A stretch of DNA of 64,000 nt from a virus (lineage: Duplodnaviria > Caudoviricetes): the IMG/VR virus record IMGVR_UViG_3300027759_000044. One strand, written 5' to 3'. The notes below the pieces were generated by a model. The model did not search any database and was not told the origin of the DNA. It saw nothing but the letters and a program-made list of their open reading frames with translations. Positions 11,301 through 26,700 of this stretch are shown here, one piece after another. Position 1 is the first letter of the stretch. Each line of letters begins with the position of its first letter. The position numbers and the translations under genes were made by a program.

Positions 11301-11739
11301 ACAGGCTTATGGATCATTAAATGATTATAAGATGTTAAGTGATAGTATTATTTTAAATAGTGTAATATTTTTACCATTGTTTGGATCTAAAGCACCCGCG
11401 CAACTAAGAGCAACAGTTAAAGTTATTAGAGCAAGTAATACAAATGCAAGTGATAGTGAAATACGTAGTGCAGTTTTAACTGCCATGAACACATATTTTA
11501 ATATTAACAATTGGAATTTTGGAGACACTTTTTACTTCAGTGAATTGAGTGCGTATTTACATGCTGAAGTAGGAGATTTGATTAGTTCTGCGGTACTAGT
11601 TCCAAATGATCCTACAATGAGTTTTGGTGATTTATACGAAATTAAATCAGCTCCGTATGAAATATTTGCTAATGGAGCAACAGCAAATGATGTTCTTGTG
11701 ATTGCAGCACTTACACCAGCACAGTTACAAATAAGATAA
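8356..11739 (+). CDS. Baseplate wedge subunit gp6-like
   Basis: DFRSYDYETLRKSFIDYL...DYIESSEFIALMDVMAF...ENFIDTAERRDSVIKLA; FGDGVF; QNRMVNGEDY are T4 gp6-family motifs. Confidence 0.85.
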   Translation: MATSSRQSALFGVNDWKAIYQTFREADFRSYDYETLRKSFIDYLRVYYPETYNDYIESSEFIALMDVMAFMGQGLAFRSDLNARENFIDTAERRDSVIKLANLVSYTAKRSLAGQGYIKVVSIQTSENITDLNGFNLSNQTVLWNDPANVNWLEQFNTIINATLISTQRIGRPGNTAQLSGIKTEEYTINIPQGNLPIIPFTAVVDNQAMNFELVSSTTLNEDYVYEIPPAPSGKMNMAYRNDKLGYGSPNTGFFFYFKQGNLQNFDFNLAQQISNQVVDIANIQGVNNTDTWLYQLSTDNNSTINRTLWNQVENVYADAYLQTENSVRRIFSVASRFNDQVSYTFGDGVFSEIPVGTFRAYVRAGNALTYTINPTEMQNLSVAISYISRVGRTETLTLGLELQTPVSNAQARESLANIKQRAPARYYTQNRMVNGEDYNNFPYTLYSSIIKSKAINRSSVGVSKNLDLLDPTGKYSSTNSFASDGGMYQDDTDGNELLTINSSGDIITFLTDTLGALLADNRARQYYIQDYTRYNVNAASGDGTVYWQEQTVNASSLTGYFFTINGSDNTPIAVGTYSTYNMKYTTKGAMMKFTAPAGYYFSDTNRLIAGIASPSDKTYIWTTVLNVVGDGYNNGEGAFSNGLGPITLNGYVPQGAIVTTILPAFDNSLPNIVIQECIVRMELNQSFSLIFDNSLTIAQDRWSIGTYNASNYFVNFLSLGNNRYSITYRSLAYYFGSVADTRFTFEAGKLVYDPFSGKILQDFVKVLATNTQPSSNYPLATPITASIIGQTVESDGYVNDFEVEVASIDVNDRTIVSNPDFFTEVTGYVNGNTNIGIYTFFVLLQDAVNLSRYQLIPSTDVVYIYSTKTQIEIVKYEYPEGQLFYAFTDNLFYTTIQDQTVNTPFYVVTEQPQYIMKPGRQGLQFQYRHNSNNTTRIDPATTNIIDLYVVTQAYYTEYQNWLQDITNTVPIPDKPTINELTQAYGSLNDYKMLSDSIILNSVIFLPLFGSKAPAQLRATVKVIRASNTNASDSEIRSAVLTAMNTYFNINNWNFGDTFYFSELSAYLHAEVGDLISSAVLVPNDPTMSFGDLYEIKSAPYEIFANGATANDVLVIAALTPAQLQIR

Positions 11740-11742
11740 GTA
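11736..11742 (+). promoter_or_regulatory. Late-promoter variant ATAAGTA upstream of the giant gene
   Basis: Overlaps the gp6 stop; one mismatch to ATAAATA; same variant at 52051. Confidence 0.45.
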
Positions 11743-11765
11743 ATATATAACCATAGAGAGAAATA

Positions 11766-14700
11766 ATGGCAACAAGAATTAGAACATTAAATTTTCTACC
11801 TGAAATATTTAAAACAACTACTAATAGTCAATTTTTAAATGCAACGCTGGATCAAATAGTAGACCAACCAAATACTAAAAGAATTCAGGGTTATATAGGT
11901 AGTAGATTTGGGTATGGCGTTAATGCTAAAAATTATTACGTAACAGAACCTACAAAAATTAGAACAGATTATCAACTTGATCCCGGTGTAGTATTTCTAA
12001 AAAAAGACACAAGTACTGCTCAAGATTTTATCAGCTATCCAGGTATAATTGATGGGTTAGAGTTAGAAGGTGCATTGATTGGTGACAATAACAGATTGTT
12101 TACTAGTGAATTTTATTCATGGGATAGTTTTGCTGGTCTAGATAAAATTATTAACTTTAATCAATACTACTGGATTCCTGAAGGACCTGAAGCTGTCACC
12201 GTTAGTACAGAAACAGTTTATAATGCTACTGATTATATTATTACAAGTACTGCTAACGGATATTTAGTAACCGCTACTGGACAATCACAGGGCTCTACTA
12301 ACCCTGCACTTACATTATTGCGTGGTGGTACATATACTTTTAATGTTAATCAAGCTAGTGAATTTTGGATCCAAGGTATGCCAGGCATTACTGGATATGA
12401 TCCAAATCAACCTAACGTACAGACCCGTGATGTATTTGGGGTCAGTAATAACGGTGCAGAAGTTGGTGTAGTAACATTTACGGTTCCTTTTAAAACAGCA
12501 CAAGATGAATATCAATTTCCTGGAAATAACCGCGTTGATTTAGTAACTACCTTATTGTATGCTGAGTTAGACGGCGTGTTACTTAGTAGTTTAACAAATG
12601 GAATAGATGGTATTACCTCACTTGATGGCCTTACTTTGATGTTCTATAATAACGAAAATGAAACTACATTTTATACAATTACATATACAGGTAGCACAAC
12701 AGATCCTACAATAACATTAGTTGTTGGAGACACTATTCCTATTGAAGAAAACATTACAGCAAATTTTGGTACAGAATATATTGGTAGACCATTTTATAGA
12801 ACTACCGGCAGTGTTATTACTTTAATTCCTTATTTAAGTTCATTATTAGATACATTATATTACCAAGACGGTACCTCAAGTAATAAAGTGGGTCAAATTA
12901 GATTAATATCTAGTAACACAACTAATAGAATTGATGTGCTTACTGATATTATAGGTCAAGCAAACTATACATCTCCGAATGGTGTAGTGTTTACTAATGG
13001 ATTAAAAGTAATATTCTCTGGCGAAATATATCCTGCTAGCTATGAGAATATTAGATATTATGTTGAAGGTGTAGGTACAGCAATACAATTGATTCCAGTA
13101 ACTGATTTTGTAGCGCCGGAACCATTCACTCAAGGTACATACATACCTTTTGACACGACACCATATGACATTGGAAATTTTGATGTTAATTTATATATTC
13201 CTGTATTACAAGATTATATTACTATTGCTAGAAATAGTATTGATAAGAACCCTTGGTCAAGAAGTAATAGATGGTTTCATATTGATGTAATTAACGCTAC
13301 TGCTACTTATAATAATAATCCGGCGTTAGCCACAATATATGCTACTTCAGCAAATAAAGCCAATCGTCCAATTATTGAATTTTACCCTAATCTGCGTTTG
13401 TTTGATTCGGGCGTTGTGGGCAAACCCCCAATTGACTTCATTGACTTTAGAACAACAGATGCGTTTAATAGTACAACCGGTGTTGCTGGACAAGAAAATT
13501 ATTATCCTGATGTAGAAGTTTATACCGGTTATAATGCTACTATCGCTACGGTTTCGGTAACACCGGTCAGTGTTACATCTTTTATAGTAGGACAATCTTA
13601 TAAGATAAGCACGTTGGGTAATACTAATTGGAATACCGTTGCCGGTACTACTGGTGTAACATATAGTCTTAATAATATTGTTATATGTGCAGTAGTCGGA
13701 TCAGGTACTGGAGCAGGCATAAAAATGTCTACTAATATTCAAATTAATTCAGAATATGTAACCGGCGCATTTCAAGTTGATCAATATATAAATGATAGCA
13801 CTAATTTGTTACCAAGAAATAGTCAAATTACTTCTATAACCGGCACCACAACATTTATATTAACAGTAGCTTGGCCTGAATCACAGGCTGTATCTGCTGG
13901 CAGCAATGCGTCATTGATAGCTAATGACATACAAAACGATAGTTATTCTGTATTTGACGGAGCACGTATTGTATTTGCAGCCGATGCTAATTTAAATGTC
14001 AGAAATAAAATATATGTAGTTAGATTTTCTACATTAGTATTTGGTGATACACCGGTAATTACATTAACAGAAGCTGAAGATGGGCTTGTCTTAGCAGATG
14101 AACAAACATTTACATTTAGAGGCTATAATTATCAAGGTATGGATTTTTACTTTGACGGTGCTAATTGGCAAGAAAGTCAACAAAAAACAACAGTAAATCA
14201 ACCACCGTTATTTGATGTATTAGATAATAATGGAATTAGTTTTGGTGATCCTGAGTTGTATGTTGGTACTTCATTTGCTGGTAATAAATTATTTGCGTAT
14301 AGAATTGGTTCAGGAATAGATGATCCTGTATTGGGATTCCCATTAACATATAGCTCAGTTGATAATCTTGGTGATATTAGTTTTGACGTATCATTAAACT
14401 CAGCCTCATTTAACTATGTAAGTGGAACTATTCCCATTACACAAAAAGTTAATACTGGATATGTTTATAATTATAGTGATTTGACAACCTCAGTAAGACA
14501 ATTGGGTTGGCAAACTGCAATTGGCCCTAGTGTACAATATCAAATATTTGAATTTAATTATTATGCCGGCATCCCAACTTCCACATTCACATGTGACATT
14601 GCTAAACTAGCTGACACAGATAGTGCGTGGCCTACTATACAATTATTTGTAAATAATAAAATACAATATTCAAGTGACTACACAGTAGTAACAACTGATA

Positions 14701-17700
14701 CACAAACAATAGTAACCTTTACCGTGCCTGACCCACTAGTAGACACCGTAATTGAAATATTATTATTAAGTGATCAGGTAAGTGAAACAGCTTATTATGG
14801 TATACCTATTAACTTGAATAATAATCCACTAAATGAAGATATTACTACAGTTAATGTGGGTGATATACGTGGTCAATATCAAAGTAGTTTCTACAATAAT
14901 CCAAACACCACCGGCGATGTATTTGGTTCAAACAATTACCGTGATTTAGGTAATATGGTACCATATGGTAATAGAATTATTCAAAATAGCGCAAGTTTAG
15001 TATTGCCAGGTGCATTCTTGCGTAAACAAAATCATAATCTATTCAATGCGTTAATGTATAATAGCAGAGAATATATTACATTTAAAACATTATTAGTTGA
15101 TACTATTAATACAACTGATTTTACAGAACGTTTATCTCCGTCGACCATGTTAGACAACGCATTGGATACAATTACTAAAGCAAAAACAGATAGTAATAGT
15201 TTCTTTTGGAGTGATATGTTGCCATCGAAAGCGGCATATATTACTAATACATATAGTTTTGCAAATGCATTAGATGTAAGTATATATCCATTAAGTAAAA
15301 TATATAATTTTGCCACAGCTAACTATAACGGAGTATTAGTTTATATAACCAATACATCAGGAATTATAACACAATTAATAAGTGGAGTTGATTACACAAT
15401 CAGTATTGATAGCCCATCATTAACAGTAACATTAGATTTAGCACCGGGTGATCAAATTACAATTAAAGAATATAATCAAACATATGGTAGTTATGTTCCA
15501 AATACTCCTACTAAATTAGGATTATATCCCTCAACTATTCCTACTGTTATATTAGACACAGCATTCTATCAACCTACATATTTTATTGTAGGTCACGATG
15601 GTTCATATAATAAATTATATGGTGACTACATTGACGGAGTATTAATTGATTTTAGAGATCAGGTATTACTTGAATTTGAAAAACGTATATATAATAATTT
15701 GAAATTAAGTAATGTTATTCCTATACAAGAATATGAAGTACTACCGGGCTTCTTTAGAGATACTGATTATAGTTATGATGAAATATTACAAATTTATACA
15801 ACTAGTTTCTTAGATTGGGTTGGTCAAAATAGAATTAATTATAAAACTCAGTTTTATAGTGCTAATAACGAATTTACATACAATTATAATCAAAGTGGTA
15901 ACAAGATAAACAGAGAAGTTATCCCACAAGGATATTGGAGAGGTATATATGAATACTTCTATGACACCAGTAATCCTGATACAATGCCATGGGAAATGCT
16001 TGGATTTACTGATAAGCCAACATGGTGGGAAACACGTTACGGTCCAGCGCCGTATACTAGTGATAACTTAGTATTATGGAATGATTTAGCAGAAGGTATT
16101 GATTGGAATAATGGTAATCCAGTTGTTATACCACAAGCAATTCGTCCTGAATTATTACAAATATTACCCGTAGATAGTCAAGGCAACTTAGTATCACCTT
16201 TTGTTTCTATTGTGGGTAACTACAGTAACACATCATTCAATCGTGACTGGATAGTAGGTGATGTGGGTCCGGCAGAATTCTCATATCGTAGAAGTAGTAG
16301 TTGGCCGTTTGACTTAATGCGTATACTAGCATTAACAAAACCAGCTGAATTTTTTAACTTAGGTGTTGATATTGACAACTACAAATACAATGAAGAATTT
16401 AATCAATATCTAGTTAATGACCGTAGTCATTTAGTTATAAGTGATGTAGAAATTTATGGTAATGGTGTTGCTAAAACAAGTTATATCAATTGGATTGTTG
16501 ACTTTGAAAAACAAGTAGGAATTGATTCTACCACTAATATTACTGACCTCTTATTTAACATTGATGTTAGATTAGTATACAGACTTGCCGGCTTCAGTGA
16601 TAAGAATTTATTAAAATTCTATGTTGAAAAATCAACCGCTAATAGTAACAACAGTAGTTTGTTGATACCTGATGAAAGCTATCAAGTATTGTTATATGAT
16701 AATCAACCATTTGATAAAATTGTTTATAGTGGTGTGGTTATTCAATTAACAACTACTGGTTACAAAGTATATGGTAATAGTCAAACCAATGCGTATTTTA
16801 CAATATTAGCACCAAAAATTAATGGCAATTATGAAAGAGTATCAGTTCAAGGATTGAGTGTACAATTAGCTAGAGATTATTATGACACACCTGAGGTAGT
16901 AGCATATGGTACTGAGTTCGTAACAGTACAACAAGTATCACAATTCCTAGATGGTTATGGAAGATATCTAGCAAGCCAGGGAGTATTATTTGAACAAATA
17001 GAATCTGGATTAACAGTTAGTTGGAGACAAATGGTAGCCGAATACTTGTATTGGGCACAATCTGGTTGGGAAGTAGGAAGTATTGTTAATATTAACCCAG
17101 CAGCCAATTTAATTTCTATCAACAAAGATAGTTATATTGTACAACCGTTAACACTACAAAGACAAAACTTTGTGTTAAATCAAAACTTGTATCCAATACA
17201 AAGTGTAGATTTAAGTATAGTTCGTGATGGAACATTATTTACAGCACAGCCGTTAAATCAGGGTGACACGGTTGCGTATGGACAATTTAGCATTAGTAAT
17301 TTTGAACATGGTATTGTATTTGATAATGTTACATTATTTGATGATGTAATATATAACTTGATTACTGGTCTACGTCAAAATCGTATTACTGTTCGTGGTG
17401 CTAAAACTGCTGAATGGAATGGTACAATTGATGCACAAGGTTTTATTTTAAATCAAGATAATATACTTGACTGGAATAAAACAGTAAAATATACAACCGG
17501 TAGCATTGTTAAGTATAAAAACAAATATTGGATTGCACTTACTATTATTCAAGCAAAAGAAATATTTGAAGAACGTGAGTGGAAAGAAACAGATTATAAC
17601 GAAATACAAAAGGGTTTATTACCTAATACTAGTACCCGTTCATATGAAAGCACAATATACTATGATGTAAATCGTGCTAACTTAGAGAATGATGCTGACT

Positions 17701-20700
17701 TATTAAGTTTTAGTTTGATTGGATATCGCCCTCGTGATTACTTGGCATTAGTTGATTTAACTGACATTACACAAATTAATGTTTATAAAAACTTTATTAA
17801 AAATAAAGGAACATTAAATGCGGTCAGTGCCTTTAAGGGTGCTAACCTGCCACAAGGTGGTATTGACTATGATGTATATGAAAATTGGGCTATTAAATCA
17901 GGAGAGTTTGGTGGTGTATTAAACAGTAACTTTATTGACTTTAAATTAAATCAAAATTTATTAACCGGCAATCCTAGTATAGTTGGATTAACTAATGGTA
18001 TATCCACTAGTGGTGTACAACAAGAAGTACCGTTATACAGTTTGTATAATTATGCTCGCCCTGTAACTAGTACAGATGTATTACCATTATTACCAACTGA
18101 TACTCCCTCTACATTGTTCCCTTATGCAGGATATGTTAATTTTAATGATGTACGTATTGCGGCATATTATTACTATAACTTGGCAAACAGTATATCTCCT
18201 CGAGGCGTAATAACACCCTTATCAGAATTATATGTAGGACAATATGTTTGGTTAGCTGATTATCAAGGCACTTGGCAAGTTATGACACCGGTAAGTTTGG
18301 GTGCTGTAATATTTGCAAAAAACAATTTAAATGGTACAGCAACACTAACATTTGTCAATCCACACGGACTAATAAAATATCAACCATTTGCTGTTGTTAA
18401 TTTCAATGATAATTTGAATGGTTATTACATAGTTAATACTGTAATTGACCTTAATACAGTATTGGTTAATGTAACATTAGAACCGGCAATTACTACAGTA
18501 ACTGGGCAGGGAATTGGATTTAAATTCCAATCACAACGTGTGGATAATCCTAGTGATATAATTGATTTACCTTTATTGAATACTGAATTTGTTAAAACTA
18601 AAGTTTGGGTAGATACTAATAATGACGGTGATTGGGCCGTATATCGCAAGAGTTTAAATTATGCTTATGATTCTGAATTAGTAAAAGATGGGTCAGAAAC
18701 TTTTGGTAGTGCAGTCGCATATACTGATACATTGGGTTACTTAATTGGTGACGCAGATGCTGGCCGAGTATATCGTTATTCTTTCAATGTATTATTTGAT
18801 AGATATGATTTGATTCAAACTTTAACAGGTACCGCTTCATTTGGTACAAGTATTGCTTATGCTAATGATATATTTGTGGTGTCTCAACCTACAGGTACAC
18901 CTGAAGTTTACATTTATCAATTGGTAGTTAACACTACCGTAGATGAATTACAATCGTTACAATCTGCTATCTCAGCGCCCGGTGGTGTAACTGAGTGGGG
19001 AAGTGCTATTGCTATATCTGGTGATACCAATTGGTTATACATATCAGCAGTAACATCTTCTACTAGTCTAGTATATGTTTATCGTTATTCAACTATCACA
19101 GAAGAATATGAACAATCTGCTACTATTGATTTGGGATTAACCAATGCTGATAACTTTGGATACTCATTGTCAACAGATTACTATGGTGATACTGTTATAA
19201 TTGGAACACCTAATCAAAACTATAATGCTTCTACGGAAAATTGGGGATACACCTATGTATATGATAGAACTGTTCAAAATTTTGAAGCACAATACACAAG
19301 TATCCCGTTAGTACCTCAGACATTTACGTTAGCGTGGACACCTAGCACAACTTCAATAACTGTTACTGCAAGTGATTCAACGTTAGATCGATTTACCTGT
19401 GCTAGTAGTTCTACTCTTAATATAGGTGACCCTATCACATTTACCGGAACAGTGTTTGGTGGAATAGCATTGAGTACGGTTTATTATGTATTAGCTAAAC
19501 CTTCAGGAACTACTTTTACTATATCTGCCACACGCAGTGGATCAACGTTACAATTAAATAACGGTAGTGGATCAATGACCGCAACACAACAAGACACACC
19601 ATTGTACGTATCAGTTAATGGAACTTTGATTGATGATTCAACATATTTTAATGTGGGTTCTACTATTACTATAGTACAAGGATTAAACGCAGGTGATATA
19701 ATCACGGTAAGTGGTAACAACTTTGTGTTATCCCAAACTCTTACAACTGAAAACACACCTAGAATTGGTGTACAATTTGGTATCAGTGTAGATACAAACA
19801 CATATGCTAGTGAAATATTAGTTGGAGCTCCGTTTGAATTAAACAGTACAAACCAAGAAGGCGCTGTATATCGTTATACCAATGGTGGTGGCAAGTATGG
19901 TATGATTATTGGTACAACTGAAACTAATGTCACTACTACTAGAATTATTTTAATTAATGGTTACATAGTAACATTAACTGCCGGTAATGTAACAGTAGTA
20001 GCAAATTCAATTAATCAAGCAAGTATTACTAATGTACAAGCATATGAGCAATTAGATATTTATGGTGACCCAACAGGCAACTTAATTATTAGTTTATTAG
20101 ATAATTCATTAGCATCACCAAATGATAAACTTAATATTACAGTATTAGATACAGCTACATGGGCCGAATTGGGAATTAACACCTACACTCAAACACAAAT
20201 AATTAATGATCCGCATACTCAAGTCACAACTCAATTTGGTAACGTAGTAAAATTTAATGAATTTAACTCATTTGTAGTAAGCGCACCTACTGCTACACGT
20301 TATACAGCAACAACATTTGATTCTACTGATGATGAAGATTATGATAATGACACATTATTTGATAATAATGCGACACAATGGATAGATACTTATCAAAATG
20401 CGGGTGCTGTGTATATGTTTGATTACCTATCAGTTTACAATGAATCATTAATAAACTGTGGTAATTTTGTATATGCACAGAGTACAAATGATATTAATGA
20501 AACATTTGGTAGTCAACCAATGTATGGTCATTCTATAGATTTTAACGCATCACGTGTAATTATTGGTACTCCGGATTTCAAACCAGATACCGTTGCAGGA
20601 CAAATTGTAACGTATTTTAATTCTATCGCAGAACCTGATTGGAGTGTATTCAGAAGTTCAAGTCCAGTTGTTGATATTAACCGAATTCAAAACATACAAT

Positions 20701-23700
20701 TGTATAGCGCAATTACTAATAATACATTAGATAATTTAGATTATATTGATCCATTACAAGGTAAAATATTAGGATCAGTAAGACAAAATATTGATGTAGT
20801 ATCAAATGTTGATCCGGCTGGTTATAATAGTCCTGATAATACGCAGGGCTCAATTGTTTGGGGCGGCGCCCAAGTTGGACAATTATGGTTTAACACAAGT
20901 ACTACACGATTTGTAAATTATCATCAGGATGATGTTGTATATAACAGTAAATGGTGGGGACAAATATTCCCAGGCAGTGATGTAACTGTTTATAGTTGGA
21001 TAACAAGTAATGTTCCCCCGATATCATATCCGGGCCCGGGGACACCGTTTACTATTGACAATTTTGCAATTGAATATATTTTAAATGCAACCGGTATATT
21101 AACTCCTGTATACTTCTATTGGGTAAGAAATACTAATATTATATTTACCAAGCTTGGTAAGACTTTAGCTGATAGTATTATTCAATCTTATATTGCGTCA
21201 CCTATTAATTCAGGAATCAGTTATTTTGCTCCTTTAGACCAAGATATATTTGCTTTATATAATTGTGGAGACAACATCAATGCTAATGATACAGTACTAC
21301 ATATAGGTTATTCTACTGGAACAAATGATGATGTTTCACATAGTTTATACAATTTAATTCGTACTAATTATGCTGACGATTTCTTACCTGGATTACCTAC
21401 TGTTGATGGATCTGGCGTTCCTAAATCATTATATGATAGAATGTTAGATAGTTTATGTGGTGTAGATGAATCCGGTGCAGTAGTGCCTGACCCATTCTTA
21501 CCTAAACCAGTTCAATATGGTATATATGCAAGACCAAGACAAGGTTTCTTTGTCAATAGATTACTTGCATTGAAAAATTATTTAACATATGCTAATGACG
21601 TACTAGCACAGTATCCTATTAGTGAAACACGCAGGTCATTGTTTTTGTTTACTGAAGGAGCGATAAATCGTTCAACCGACCCAGTATATAATACTGATCC
21701 AACAAGTCCTTATTATAGTGTCAATCCATGGACAGGTCCAATTATACCATTCTATAATACTACGGATTATTGGTATTATATTAATTGGTGGGCAACTGGG
21801 TATGATAATAATACTAAATCAGCGTTACAAGTACCTATCTATGCTGACTTAGCAACAATAAATGCCACCGCTGGTTTAATTGTTACTGTTACAGCAAACG
21901 GAGATGGTAAATCTGAAACCTATGTATATACTAATTTAAATATATGGGAACGTATTGGTTTACAAGACGGTACTATTGAATTTAGTAGTAATTTGTGGGA
22001 TTATTCGGTGGCTAGATTAGGCTTTGGTGACAATTTCTTTGATACTACGCCGTATGATACATATCCATCACAAGAAACACGTAGTATAGTTAGAGCATTA
22101 AATGAAGAAATTTATACTAATGAATTATTAATCTTTAGAAATAAAAGTTTAATTTTATTATTTGAATTCATTCAAAGTGAATCTATTGAATCACAGAATT
22201 ATTTACCATGGTTAAATAAAACATCATTTGTTGATGTTGGACACACCATACGTGAATTATTACCATTAGAAGTATTCCAATCAGATAATCAAGATTTCTT
22301 AGCCGGGTATGTTAATGAAGTTAAACCGTACCATGTAGTTATTAAAGAGTTCTTATTTAAATATACAGGTTCTGAGTTATATGAAGGAACTATAACTGAT
22401 TTTGATTTACCAGCTCAGTACAATACTGAAATTCAACAGTTTATAACTCCTGAATTAGTATACACTAATCCAAGCGGTGATAATCAATATTTACCTACAG
22501 ATCCTATATGGCAAACTGCTCCGTATTCTGAGTGGTTTAACAATTATGGATTAGGTATTACTGGAGTTGATGATTATCAGATAACCGTGTTGGCATCATA
22601 TGTTTCATTAAATTCGCCGGCTATGGCCGTAGATAATGCGTATGGTTTCCCAATTAATGGTATTATATTAATAGGTGATGAATTAATAGGATATTCTAAT
22701 GTTGACCGATCAAATAATACACTTAGTGGATTAACACGTGGTATTGATGGCACACCAATATCAATACATATTCCGGGAGAAATAATTACAATAAATTTAC
22801 CTGCAGTATTAGTATTAAATAGTGGTCGTGGATATACTGAACCTCCTAGAGTAATTGCATATATTGATACTACTATATATCCAGAACCAAGACGTGCCGC
22901 AGTACTACAAGTAGTAATGAATTTAGATTCAATATTGCGTGTAGATGTAATTGATCCAGGTGATGGATATGTTGTATTACCTGAAATTATAATCGATCCA
23001 TCTGTATCAGTGACATTTACGTCAGACGATGTTAATTTGATATCAAATACAATATCATTACCTTCACCATTATTACAAACTGGTGACTTGATAAAATATA
23101 CTATAGGAACAAATACCACTGCCGTTGGTGGATTAGATGTTGACCAATATTACTATGTACATGTATTAGAAACTACACCAACATTTGTTGTTGCTTTATA
23201 TACTACGTATAGTGATGCTATTAACGATAGTGATCGTGTATTCTTGTTTAATATTGGTTCAGGAGTTAATAATGTATTAAGCGTTAGTGCTAGAGCAAGT
23301 TGTGTATCAACTTCTTTACCAATAAGAGAAAATCAAATTACATTGAGATTTGATAGAACATCGTACAATTCAGAATTAACTGACTGGGTAGGAGGATCAT
23401 TTTATGGAAGTTTCTATGCTGGATTATATAATAATTCAGAAAGAATTTCTAGTTCAAGTATTGGATTACAATCAACTCAACCTGACATTGACACCATATT
23501 AGCCAGTGCGGCAGGCGCAGTTTTTGAAATTGAAGATGTTACAAACGTTGAAGTACTTACTTGGAGCTCACGTACTAGAATTGTATCAGCGATTAATACC
23601 AGTACTAATGTAATAACAATAACTGCTTCAGACGGTGGTGCATCACTTATCAATAGTGATACAATAACTAATCCAACTATAGGTTTTTATATTGGCATGC

Positions 23701-26700
23701 CAATTCAATTTATAGGATCTGTTGCCGGTAACATAATAGTAGAAACTACTTACTATATTAAATCATTAGTTGATGGAGATAAAATTACATTATCTGCTAC
23801 AATATCAGGTGGGGTGCCCGGTGGAGAATTGTCAATGGCGGGAACAACATTAGGATCAGCTGGTTTAACTGCTTATGTAGGTGAAGTAACTAACACCGCG
23901 GTAGTTACTATGTTTTATCCCGGTATATTAACAGCTACAGCTACTACAAGTACAACCAATTCAATAACAGTTCCGTTAACAGGTAGTGGTTTAGGCGGAA
24001 CTACTGGATTCTACACAAATTTACCAGTATTTTTTGTAGGTACTGTATTTGGTGGTGTTATTGAAAATGAGAGATATTATGTTACTACTGTAATAGACGA
24101 TGAAACATTTACTATGTCTACAACAGAAGATCCTGTAATGGTTAGTGTCACCAACACTACAGCTAGTACGGATTATATTACGTGTGATGATGCAACTGGT
24201 TTATCATTCAATGACCCTATAATATTTAATAGTATGAGTGTTAGTGGATCTGCCGTATCAACATTTGGTAATATAGCAGACGGGACCATTTATTATGTAA
24301 GTGCTATAATTAATGATACTAATTTTCAAATATCTACTGTACCTAATGGTGGAACATTTGGCTTAGCTGATCAGGCTGCAGGTACAGGTACAGGATGTAC
24401 AGGAACAGATCAAAAAGATATAGTACAATTAACTACCGCTACAGGTACAATGACATGTAATGTTGGATTACCGGTTAGTCCGGGTCAAGTTACCGGACAA
24501 CAATTTACATTCTATCCAACATCAACAACTACTGTATCTTCTCCTGCATTCACTCAAGGCAATTTGATTACCAGAACTATTAAGAATGCATTAGCTGACG
24601 GAGATTATCTATCATTAGAATCTGAAACCGGTGGTATAACTAATGTTTATGTAAATATGCCTATTAGGGTAGCTGCATCATATGGTGGATTAAGTACAGG
24701 TACAACATATTATGTTAAAGAAATTGGAACAGTAACTACTGAAGTAATTCAAACTACGTCAGCAAACGTATTAATTTCTACAGGTACAGCTGGATTTTAT
24801 GTTAATATGCCTATAACCTTTACAGGGTCTACCTTGGGCGGAACTATTGAAAACACATTGTATTTCGTCAAAACTGTAAATGTTAATGGAACTGATTTTA
24901 CTATCACGGAATCACTGGGTGGCACAACACTTGCCTTGAGTAATGATACAGGATCAATGACAGTAACCGGAGAACCCTACATTAAGGTGTCATCAACACT
25001 GGGAGGCGGGGTCTTACCACTATCAGATTCAGTAATTAATACAAGTACAATATTGACACAGTACCCAACATCAGCTCCGACATTTGATGTAAGTTGGATA
25101 TTAGGTGGGTATAGTGTTGAGGTCACCGGAGCAGGTACAGGATATGCAATTAACAATACCTTTACTGTATTAGGTGCAGCATTATCTGGTACCACTCCAG
25201 CAAATAATTTAGTAATGACAGTTAATACTATCGGAACTAATGGACAAATAACATCATTAATTAATTCAGGTACTCCTCCTGAAATTGTTGAACAATATTA
25301 CTTAAAAGTAATATCAACAACAGAATGTGAAGTGTATAGTGATTCACAATTACAAATTCCAGTTACTGGAATAAACTTCCCGTTCACCTCAGGTGATTAC
25401 GCATTATTACCGGAACCATTCTACTTTAATCAAAGTATCGTCAAATACAACAATAGAGTTTATCAATGTATTGTCAGTAACAATGACACAGAGTTCATAT
25501 TTGGTAAATGGGAAGAATTACGTAGTGACAGTAGAAAACTAAATGCCCTAGATAGAATTATGGGTTATTATCAGCCAACTATTAATATGCCAGGTTTGGA
25601 TTTGACGCAATTAGTAGATGGCATTATTTATCCAAATAGTACATACCAAGATAACGCTTTCCCTCCCTCTGAAGAATACACATTAGATACTATCTTACAG
25701 GATCAATTGTTTAGTCCACTTCAAGTGGATGTTACTTCTATAGTATGGAACGGTACTACATATTTTGCCCCAGCCAATACACCTACATATTCAGATATCA
25801 CTAATAGTACTAATGGAACTACTTGGGTATCTAATAAGTTATCAAATCAACCAATAGCATTAACTGATATAGTATACGCAGATACAAAATATGTCATGAG
25901 TTCACAAAACAATGTAACTCCTATATTAGTAAGTACTGATGGACTTGTCTGGACTACTACTGGGCTAACAATTGGGTCAGTTTCAATAGATAACACAAGT
26001 TTAAATAGTGTTGATTATTTTAACGGCATCTATGTTGCTGTTGGTGATAATATTGTATCTAGTGTGGATGCTTATACCTGGATAGAAAGATTTAACTTCA
26101 CTAATATGGTTTTATATGGTGTATCAGCTATAACTATTACTAATTTTAATGGATTTATTGCTGTTGGAGTTGGCCCTGATTATAGCGTTATCCCTACAAT
26201 AACACAAAGTGTTATATTAAAAAGTTTAGACGGAATATCATGGACAAATATTACACCATCTGCATCAGCCGAAACATTATATGGTGCATCTAGTGGTAAC
26301 AACACTATTGTAGTTGTTGGAAATAACGGAGCTATATTTACAAGTATTAACGGTAGTAACTGGAATAATATTAGTACCGGTAGTGCTAACTTAAGAGATA
26401 TTACTTATTCTGATAGTCTAGGATTATTTGTTATTGTTGGAGAAACTGGATTTATTAGTACATCTGATGGTAGCACATGGTCAGTAGAAACATCAGGTAC
26501 TACTGAAAATCTAAATAGCGTAATATGGAATAGTGATTTAAGTGAATTTATTGTAACAGGTAATAACAATGTTATACTTAAGAGTACAAACGGCACCAAT
26601 TGGACAATTAGTAATATATTTATTACTGACCCTACTATATATGATGTTCAAGGTGATTCATTCACATCGGGTTATGGTCCTGAAGAATTAGTACCGGGAG

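Noticed and set aside
1-11739. Bacterial extracellular contractile injection system or T6SS locus
   Set aside because: Gene order fits, but T4-like late elements, fibre genes, AT-rich phage-style packing and the absence of an Afp15-type ATPase or Tss membrane genes in the window point to a phage tail module.
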